From Octopus vulgaris (Eukaryota), in the NCBI GenBank assembly GCA_951406725.2, contig OX597823.1, positions 53,506,001 to 53,570,000 of the forward strand: 64,000 bases of DNA, read 5' to 3'. Both the position numbers and the translations under genes were made by a program. Under the pieces are notes generated by a model, which had not been told where the DNA came from, ran no database searches, and saw only the letters and a list, made by a program, of their open reading frames with translations. This document shows positions 53,763-64,000 of the stretch, in pieces (positions within the stretch are counted from its first letter, which is position 1; every line of letters starts with the position of its first letter).

Positions 53763-54184
53763 ACAGCAGTTGTAAGAACAACCACTGTAGAGAATGATCT
53801 GAGGGAAATTCGGCTATTATTTCTAGCTGTATGATTGACCATGTAGAGGACCCCAATTCAACTGAAGACACCTAATAAGAATTCTGTTGCAGAGGAACAG
53901 AATGTATTAATTCCATTGTCTCTATCTCTTTCCAACCAAAATTTTGTTTTATGGTTAGTCACAAGAAATCAATAATAATTATGATAATCATAAAGAAAGA
54001 AAATCTTATCTCATCTTATCTTCAATATTAGAATTTACCTTCTTATAAACTAACATATTTGATAGTCATTCATCATAGGGAGTGGGTTGAGAAGACTAAT
54101 GTAATTGATAAATCTGTTTCTTAATAACAATTTATTATTGTTGTTATTATTGTTATCAACAATTTATCATTATTATTATTACTA

Positions 54185-54239
<55 letters not shown>

Positions 54240-54298
54240 GTTGTTGTTGTTGTTGTTATTACTGGTGGTGTTGTTGTTGTTGTTATTACCATTATTAT

Positions 54299-54762
54299 TA
54301 AGGCAGTGAGCTGGCAGAATCATTAGCATGCCAGGCAAGACGCTTAACAGCCTTTCCTCTGTCTTTACGTTCTGTGTTCAAATTCTGCTGCGGTCAACTT
54401 TGTCTTTTATCTTTCAGAGTTGATAAAATAAGTACCAGTTGAGTACAGGGGTCAATGTAATCGACTTACCCCTTCCCCCTGGATATCCTGGCCTTGTGCC
54501 AAAATTCGAAATCATAATCATCATCATCATCATCATTATTATTTTTAAGGTGGTGAACTGGCAGAATCGTTAGCATCCCAGGCAAAGTGCTTAGCAGCAT
54601 TTCATCCATCTTTACATTCTGAGTTCGAATTCCACCAAGGTCGACTTAGCCTTTTATTCTTTCAAGATTGATGAAATAAAGAATCAACTGAGAACTGGGA
54701 TCAATGTAAACAACTTAATCCCATCCCTTAAAAATTCCTGGCCTTGTGTCGAAATTTGAATT
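54299..54762 (+). mobile_element. Two tandem family B SINEs
   Basis: Copies 54299-54512 and 54546-54762, each after (ATT)/(ATC)n. Confidence 0.9.
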
Positions 54763-54835
54763 TATTATTATTTCTATTATCATACATACTATTTTAAAAT
54801 TCCAAGTTTCTTATTTTTGCTTTTGTAGGTATTAT

Positions 54836-55209
54836 TATTACCTCCACCTTAGTGAAGGGGTATTGTTTTCAGTCATGTTTGTTTGCTTGCTTGTTTGTCC
54901 GTGGACAAAATATCTCAAGAACCGCTGGAAGGATTCAGATGAAACTTCCAAGGATATTTGACCTTGTGACTGGTATGAACTGATTAGAGATTTTGAGATT
55001 GATCTGGTACCCGACAAGGATTCTGGATTATTTTTCCAGTTTTTTTTACTTAATTTTTGAGAGTGGTCAGGTTCATTTTTAGTATTTTCATTTGTGAGAG
55101 CAGTCAAGTTTATTTCAGATATTCTAATTTTAAAATCATCTCTGGCTAATCGTTGAGAGGACGTTCGCATTGCTTTGGTAGAGGTTTGCACTCTCTGAGT
55201 GCTCTTGTT
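54836..55209 (+). mobile_element. Helentron-associated (HINE/DINE-1-like) element
   Basis: Subterminal inverted repeat acctccacc / ggtagaggt, internal gttt/gctt microsatellite, 3' hairpin gcactc-tct-gagtgc, T-rich ends. Confidence 0.7.
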
Positions 55210-56009
55210 GCTATTTTAATGCATAGATTTAATATTTTCATAATATTTCCTTACATTAAAGATTTCAACTGTTGTCTTTAATATCATTTCAGAAGTTAAA
55301 GCTATTTAAAACATAACACTCAAACTGGTGTCATTTTATTAAATATTTTCTTCATACTTTCAATGTTGTTTATAGTTAAGGCTCTCCTTTCATACAACTT
55401 CCCTAAAAACTACCCCTGTTTCTGTGATGCAAACTTCCTGTTTCAAAGGGATCTGAATTAAAACTGCCCTTCAAACTTTTGTATTATGTTCCAAACATCT
55501 ACTTGTGTTTTTCTCCATCACAACAAACGAATGAGAAAGGAAGGTGTGATAGATGAATAAGGAAGGAAGGGGTGATGGCAAACTGGTGGGATGGTAAACA
55601 TTTAATGCTGAAAAGAAAAATCAAACAGCTTTTCAACTCTGCGTGAGTATATGTGTGTTTGTGTGTGCGTGTACAAGGGAAGTATGTGAATGTATGTGAA
55701 CGTTGACAAGTGTAGTAATTTGATTTATCATCCATATTTATATATAAAAATACTACAATTAGCCGTCGTTTTTGACGGTACAGAGCCAGGTAGTTCAGTT
55801 AATAATGACAAAGTAACTTTACTAAAGTCTTCATTCCTTCCAAAGTTAATTGAAACAAATGTGATGCATTTCAATGCAATATGACCACAAAAGAGTTAAA
55901 TTGTATAACTAGAATACATGACTGCCATGACAAGAAGAGGAATATAATAGATTAGAGTTGTGCATTGGCAGATTCTTTGGAGCAATTTAACTTCTATATT
56001 CTACTTATA

Positions 56010-56392
56010 TTGGTTATTTAACTGTGGCCATACTAGGACATCACCTTGAAGAATTTTTAGTCAAATGAATCGATCCCAGTGCTTATTTTGTCTTTGTTTA
56101 TTTTTATGTGCCTGATATTTATTCTATCATTCTCTTTTACTGAACCACTAAGTTACAGGATGTAAACACACCAATATTGGTTGTCAAGAAATTATGGGGG
56201 ACAAACACAGACACAAACACAAACACATGTGCACGCACACACACATGCATGTGCACACACACACATACACACGGCAGGCTTCTTTCAGTTTCTGTCTACA
56301 AAATCCACTCTCGGAGCTTTGGGCAGCCAGAGGCTATAGTAGAAATCACTTGCAGTGGGTTTGAACCCAGAACCATGTGGTTGGGAAGCAAA
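56010..56392 (-). mobile_element. Family A SINE
   Basis: actgtggccatactagg...ggcttctttcagtttctgtctac...aaccatgtggttgggaagcaa. Confidence 0.85.
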
Positions 56393-56399
56393 ATTTGTG

Positions 56400-57770
56400 A
56401 TATATATTCTGGCCCTTTGTTTTCTGACTTCAAATTCTGTAAATGTCATATTTAAATTTCATCCTTTCAGGATTAAGGAAATGAATTACTAAACAATACT
56501 GGGATTGACACAATCAACTAGTCCTTTTCTTCCTTGTATCTTGGCAGAACCATTAGAGTGTTGGACAAAATGCTTCGCAGTTATTTATTTTGGTTCTTTA
56601 CTTTCTTAGTTCAAATCCTGCCAAAGTCAACTTTGCTTTATTTTTTCGGAAGTCAATAAAATAAATATCGGTAAAGTTTTGGGGTTGATATAATCGACTT
56701 GCCCCATTCTCCTAAAAATTGCTGGCCCTCTCCCCAAAGTAGAAAGAATTACTGTCATCATCATCATTATTATTATCATGATTATTACTACTATTATCAT
56801 TATTATTATTATTATTATTATTACTAAGCGGCGAGTTGGCAGAATTGTTAGCACGCCGGATGAAATGCTTACCAGTATTTTGTCTGCCACTATGTTCTGA
56901 GTTCAAATTCTGCCAAGTTCGACTGTTCCTTTCATCATTTCGGGGTCAATAAATTAAGTACTAGTCGCACACTGGGATCGATATAATTGATTATCTCCTT
57001 CCCCAAAATTTCAGGCCTTGTGCCTATAGTAGAAAGGATTATTGTTATTATTATTGTTATTACTACTACTATACACCCAGCTGTTTTTGTAATATGTCCT
57101 TTCAATACCCACTCACTTGTCAATTACCATGACTAATAAAAAAAATAATCATAACAATATTAATAATTAGTAGTAGTAGTAGTAGTATTATGGCTGTGAA
57201 TTTAATATTATTATAATGGCAGTGGATGAACAGAACGTCTTATAATACTTAGATGCGTCTCTTTACATGCTAAGATCAAATCCCCACAAGGTCAATATTT
57301 CCTTTCATTCATAAATCCAGAGGTCAATAAAATAAACTACCAGCCAAGTATAGAAATCAATATAATCAATTGTACCCTTCTCCTAAAAGACATTTGTGGC
57401 CTTGTGGATAATGTTAAACATCTTATTATTGTTGTTATAATTGTGATAGTTGCCAGAATCGATAGAGCACCGACTAGCATTTAGTTATGTCCCTTTGTGG
57501 CTCAGGATCAAATCCTTCCAAAATTGACTTTGTGTCTCATTTTTCTTGGGTCATGGTTTTAGATATAATCTACTATAATCCTCTCTCTCCATTCAAAAGC
57601 AAAAAAATTGTGGTACGGTGTTTATGTTGGAAATCAATGGGTCTTTAACTTTGGGGTTCAAATCCTGTACAGGTTGAATTTGTCTTTCATCCTTCCGAAG
57701 TTAACAGAAAAAAACGCACCAGTTAAGTACTAGTATGATCAATATTATCAACTGCTTTCATCATCCCAAA
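56400..57770 (+). mobile_element. Array of ~6 family B SINEs of differing divergence
   Basis: Best copy 56825-57040; others near 56400, 56540, 57215, 57440, 57645. Confidence 0.8.
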
Positions 57771-58002
57771 TTCCTCACCTCTTTTACAAGTGTTTTTCTT
57801 CTTTTTTTTTTTGATATTTCTTTTTCAATTATGAGCTGGTTTCTTTATATACATAAGTATCTTTAATTGTGTTCTTATAACAAAATTTTGAACATATCCT
57901 GAAGTGCATAGATGCCTACGTATATGCTATATACATACAGATCTCCACACACACACACACACACACATATAGACAGACAGACAGATAGATAGATAGATAG
58001 AT

Positions 58003-58073
<71 letters not shown>

Positions 58074-58699
58074 ATTTATATATAAATATGGATATATATA
58101 TATATTCATGATATTCACGTATATGTTTATATAAATACATATATCTATATAATAATGATGTGTGCGTGTGTATGTAAAGCTATATATATAATGTCATATT
58201 TTCACAAGAAAGGATTGATAGTGGCTTCAAAGTTTTGGAATAGTTGCTTTCCTCAATGTCTAAAGAAAGCAACTAAACCAATACTTCAAAGTCACTATCA
58301 ACTGTTTTCTTGTAAAAATAAAAATAAACACATTACTCTACTTACATATATTGAATGATCTGCCAATTCATATTCAAATGATTTCCAGTATATAATTACA
58401 CATAAAAAAATATTACCATATATATGTGTGAGTGTGTGTGTGTATGGAGATCTGTTGTGTGTGTATGGAGATCTGTATGTTCATATATATTGTATAATGT
58501 CTATCCCTCCACTTGTTTTTATATAATTTCATTCGTCCATCTCCACCTTTTTTTTATATATATATATCTTTTTGTAACCCATCATATAACTCTGCGGGCA
58601 ATAATAAAAGAAAAACGTCTGCATTATTATTAACATTATTAGAAATCATTATTATGGTTTTTATTGTTAATATTATTGCTATTGTTGCTGTCATTGTTA

Positions 58700-58737
<38 letters not shown>

Positions 58738-59031
58738 TTTATTATCATCATTATTAATAGTATTGTTGTGTCAGTGAAAATAAGATCTCTGGATTCACTT
58801 ACAGCACATTCCTAGCAATGATATCTGTTAATTTCCTCAGAGCATCATTCATTTAACTAGCTGCTGTTAGGTGTTCTGGGATAAAAATCAATCAAGGCTA
58901 TATTTTCTTCAGTTCTTGTGCATGTGTGTGTGTGTGTGTGCATCTTAGTGTGTGTATGTGTATTCATATGAGTGTGTATATGTGTTAATATTTGTGAGTG
59001 AATATTGTTTGTTTTGTTGTTTTCTTTTCAG

Positions 59032-59069
59032 GTCGGTCAAAACATAAAAAACAAAAAACAACATTGCAA
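59032..59069 (+). other. Candidate 38-nt exon (phase 1-0)
   Basis: Strong acceptor ttgtttgttttgttgttttcttttcag|; donor caa|gtatga; RSKHKKQKTTLQ. Confidence 0.45.
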
Positions 59070-59146
59070 GTATGAGGCGTCTGCTGTCTCTGTTAAGTAT
59101 ATAATGAATTTGCTTAATAAGATGCAGATATTAAAAATAAAAGTGC

Positions 59147-59228
<82 letters not shown>

Positions 59229-59920
59229 CATAGATAGATATATATATATATATATATATATGCATATATATATATATGCATATATATATATATATATATA
59301 TACATATATATGTATATGCATGTGTGAATGTATGTATTTATGTATATATAGTGCAGGCTTCATGTTACCTTGGTAGATAATTAACATCATAATTAACATT
59401 CCCACCCTTCCCACTCCTTCCACCCCAAAATGAGATGATTAAAACAAATATATTTAATAGAATAAGTTGAGAGTAAATGGTGGGTGGCCATCACTTTTCC
59501 CTTCTGTTAAAAATTACATGTATGCATATATCCATCTATCCCTCCATCCATACGTATATATATATGTATATATGTATATATGTATATATGTATATATGTA
59601 TATATATAACTTATAAATAAAGAGAGGAAGTATATCATGAGTAAAATTTATTTTACCATTGGATAACTATATTCAACTTTTTTTATGAGTACTACTGGAT
59701 AAGTTAAATCCATATATTGTGTGTGTGTATGTGTGTGTGCATATACATATATATACATATATATATATACATATATATATATAATATATATACACATATA
59801 TATATACATACATATATATAACATATATATATATATGTATATATACATATATAAAATATATATATACATATATACATACATATGTATGCGTGTGTATATA
59901 TATATATATACATATGTATA

Positions 59921-60023
<103 letters not shown>

Positions 60024-60246
60024 TGTATGAGTGTATATGTGCATGTGTGCGTGAGTTTGTGTGTGAGTGTGCCCGCGCTCGTGTGTTTGTGTGTGTGTCT
60101 AATTTTTTAAATATATTTTTTTAAATATACGTACATGTAATTAGTTCTCCTGTGAGGTACAGAAGCATTTATTTACTAAATCCTAATTCTTGTATAGAAT
60201 ATACAATGCATTTCAGGCTCTGCTTTAGCGTTGCTAATAATAACAG

Positions 60247-60267
60247 GATGATAAATCAGTGGAGAAT
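60247..60267 (+). other. Candidate 21-nt microexon (phase 0-0)
   Basis: ttgctaataataacag| gat gat aaa tca gtg gag aat |gtaact; DDKSVEN; phase-compatible with 59032-59069. Confidence 0.3.
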
Positions 60268-60395
60268 GTAACTGTCTTTTAAAATTATTCCCTCTAATGT
60301 ACACATATATATTATATTTATTCCTTTAGTTATTTGTTATAATTATTATTATTATCATCATTGTTATCATTATTATCATAAAGAAAAGATTATTA

Positions 60396-60442
<47 letters not shown>

Positions 60443-60939
60443 GAGATCTTCTTAGTTATTTCTTTTTCTTTTTTAATGCCCACATTACGAAGAGAATGTG
60501 AGAAAAGGAGAGAAAGAGTGAGCAAGTGAGTAAATGAGAGAAGTGGTCAGCAAGATGAATTTTCTTCTAGCATATTAGCAGTGGTCAGTGTGAGCCATTA
60601 TACAACGTATGTATGTGTGCATATGTATTATGTATGTATGTGTGCATGTATGTGTATGTGTGTGTATGTATATATGTATGCATGCATGTACGTTGGTAGT
60701 AATGGTGATGGTCAGCATGAAAAATTCTTCTCTGGCTGCCCACTGCTCCGATGTCTGGCTGATGTGTCTTGTGTGTATGAACACGTGTGTGTTCCTGTAT
60801 GTGTATGAACGTGTGTGTCTCTGTATGTGTATGTATATGTGTGTATTTGTGTGCATGTGTGTGTGTTTGTGTGTGTGGATGTATGTATGTGTAAGAGATG
60901 TTCCACTATGTCAGTGGTCAGTAATAGAACAACTAATGT

Positions 60940-60970
60940 CTCTCGCTCTCTTTTTCCTTCTCTCTATAAT

Positions 60971-61007
<37 letters not shown>

Positions 61008-61918
61008 CCCACCTCTGTCCTTCCCTCTCCCTCTCCCTCTCTTTCTCTCTCCCTCTGTCTATGTAGTAGCAGTGGTCAAGTCATTGAAGAACTGTCATTT
61101 GCTCAGGTAATCAATATAATGTCTTTTAATGTGTAAGATGGTCAGTGGCATATCTTCTAATGCATAGTAATGTACAGCACTACTTCTTCACTCATCTTCT
61201 CTACTTTCCCTGCTCCCTGCTCCCCTCCTCTCTCCCCCTCGCCTCGCCTCGCCACCACCACCCCGCCCTCTCTCTCTCTCTCACCTCCGCCTTCTTCACT
61301 CCCACTCCTCTTTCATCCTCTATGCCCCCCCACACACACACACACACACACATACATACACACACATTATGTATATGCTTTTATTATTATCTCATTCTTT
61401 CTCTTAGCTTTTGTCTTTGTCTTTTTCTTTGTCTTTCTTTGTTTCTCTCTTTCTCTCTCTCTCTCTCTTTCTCTCACTCTCTTTCTCACATGCACTCCAT
61501 GCTTTCTTCTTCTTCTTCTTCCTCTCTGTCTGCTTTTATCTATTCTTCTTCTTGTCTACTTTTTATCTCTTTCTCTTCTACTGAATATCTTTCTATCTTT
61601 ATCTTTCATGCAGCTCTCTCTCTCTCTCTCTCTCACTTCATGTCTCTTCCCTTCTCTGTCAGTTACTCAATCTCTTCCTCCCTCTCCCTCTCTCTTACTT
61701 CATGTCTCTTCCCTTCTCTGTCAGTTACTCAATCTCTTCCTCCCCTCTCTCTCGCTCTTTCTCTCTCTCTCTCTATCCATCTATCTATCTCTTCCTTTCT
61801 TTCTATTGTGATATGTAAGAGATTTTTCTCTTCTGATTTCTCAATTGTTTCTCATCTTCAAGCTCTTTCTGTTTACTGTCTCTTTCCTTTTCTCCAACTT
61901 CTCTCTCTCTCTCCCTAA

Positions 61919-61954
<36 letters not shown>

Positions 61955-62110
61955 AAAATAATTATTTAATCTTTCTCACTCTAATTCATTTTCTTATGTG
62001 CACACTCTATATTTCCCTTTATTTCTATCTATCTCTCTCTCTCTTTTCTCTCTCCCTCTCTTTCCTCTTATCACCTTTTCTATTTTCCTCTCTTAACATG
62101 AGTTTTGCTT

Positions 62111-62142
<32 letters not shown>

Positions 62143-62143
62143 G

Positions 62144-62174
<31 letters not shown>

Positions 62175-62796
62175 CTTAATATACTTAATTATCCAGCCTT
62201 CTCCTCCCACTACCTCACACACACACACACATACATTCCCTTTCATCATCACCTCTCACTTATCCTTACACTCTCTCACATCACTTCTTTCTTTCTTCCT
62301 TACACACCCCTTTCCACCTTTCTCCCTCCCTCTCTCTCTCTCTCTCTCGCTCCCTCTCACTTTCACACATTACAATATTGTATCAGTCACATTCTGTTTT
62401 ATCGTTTTCTCCCTCTCTCTGCCTCTCTCACGCTCTCTCTCTCTCTCTCTGTCTTCTTTTCTCTCTACCTCTCTATATTTCTTTTGATCTCTAACTATTC
62501 CTCCTCTGTCTCACCCTTTCCTTCTCTTTCACGTAATACTTAATTTTATATAACTCACTCTGATCTCTCATGTATTTGTTGTCTTTATTTCTTCCTCAAA
62601 CATTCTCTGCCCCCTTTCTCTCTCTCTCTCTTTTCTCTCTCTATTTATCTGTCTTTCTATCTATCTCTCTATCTGTCTGTCTATCTATCTGTCTCTCAAT
62701 CTGTATCTATCTTCACATTTCTATCCATTTCACTCTATCATTCCCTTACTAACCTTGCTTCCCTCTTTCACTGTTTGCTCTTCTATCAGCCCGTAA

Positions 62797-62855
<59 letters not shown>

Positions 62856-62866
62856 AGCCTGTAAAT

Positions 62867-62929
<63 letters not shown>

Positions 62930-63049
62930 ACTATCTATCTATCTATCAGTCTGTAAATTTATCTATCTATCTATTCTATTCTACTTTATCTACTTTGCTA
63001 TGTCTGTCTGTATGTATGTCTATCTATTTATTCATCTATCTACGCTTGC

Positions 63050-63105
<56 letters not shown>

Positions 63106-63130
63106 AATTGTCTATTAGTCTTTCTATTCA
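60940..63130. repeat. ~2.2 kb (CT)/(CTAT) low-complexity tract with a 62-bp tandem duplication at 61635-61745
   Basis: acttcatgtctcttcccttctctgtcagttactcaatctcttcctccc at 61635 and 61697. Confidence 0.9.
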
Positions 63131-63349
63131 TTCATCCACCTATCTATTTCATACACCATACGAACTAGACTGAGTTCTGTATTTTATTCTTTATTATTAT
63201 TATTTTTTTCCTCTCCACTTCTAACAATGGCTAAAAACAGCAGACGACAAACAACATAGAACAAAAAAGCACTGCACCAAAGAACAAAAAATAACATATA
63301 CTTCTTATTGTCAATATTTTATCAACTTTTATACTATCTCATTATATGT

Positions 63350-63371
63350 TTACATATGTGACTGAATGTGC

Positions 63372-63408
<37 letters not shown>

Positions 63409-63571
63409 ATATATATATATGTGTGTGTGTGTATAAATAATATCATAAGATATATATATATACATATATGTGTATGTGTATACAAATGCAAATATATATA
63501 CACACATACACACACATACATATATATATATATACATTTATATACATACGTATATATATTATATCTATATC

Positions 63572-63620
<49 letters not shown>

Positions 63621-63665
63621 CTACATTTATATATATATATATATACATATGTATATATACACATG

Positions 63666-63699
<34 letters not shown>

Positions 63700-63812
63700 C
63701 ACATATACATATATACATATATATGCATATACACATATATATACATATATATATATTTATACATACATATGTATCTACATCATATATATATTATATATAT
63801 GTGTGTGTGTGT
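63350..63812. repeat. Degenerate (TG)/(TA)/(CATA) tract
   Basis: Direct. Confidence 0.95.
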
Positions 63813-64000
63813 AACAAAAGAATTACGAGCACCACGGACAAAACAGATTCTTCCGATTGAAATATAACACCCTCTTAAATAACCACCAGAGTAATGTTTT
63901 AAATCTTTTAAGATTGTTGTCTCCAATCTCCGCCAGCCTCCCTTTCCTTCTCCCGGTTCTCTTTTCCACTCTATTCAAGGCTATCATCACCACCCGGCAC

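Noticed and set aside
55420-55898. piggyBac-like MITE ending aaagagttaa
   Set aside because: Matching left end and TTAA duplication not found
62780-62965. CRISPR-like recurrence of ctatcagYYYgtaaat
   Set aside because: Intervening sequence is pure (CTAT)n, no cas genes, eukaryotic context; compound minisatellite

Overview
AT-rich, repeat-saturated animal genomic DNA, very probably Octopus (inferred from the extreme microsatellite load and tRNA-derived SINE families resembling known octopus SINEs). Nearly all listed ORFs are microsatellite artefacts and no intact protein-coding gene can be called. The window contains: dozens of copies of 4-5 short retroposon families (labelled A-F here); four decayed fragments of RLE-type (R4/Dong-like) non-LTR retrotransposons; a mariner fold-back element; two hAT MITEs; Helitron/Helentron-type elements; and several weak candidate exons. 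The main result is a set of minimal type-I hammerhead-ribozyme (HHR) motifs of the kind carried by Penelope-like elements. Three unrelated HHR families sit within about 750 bp at 36.1-36.9 kb, and one apparently intact HHR lies inside a ~350-bp near-perfect palindrome. Repeat copies also switch from CpG-retaining to CpG-decayed near 29-30 kb, which suggests the right half is a methylated gene body with small exons. Coordinates were read by eye; repeat boundaries may be off by about 10-20 nt.
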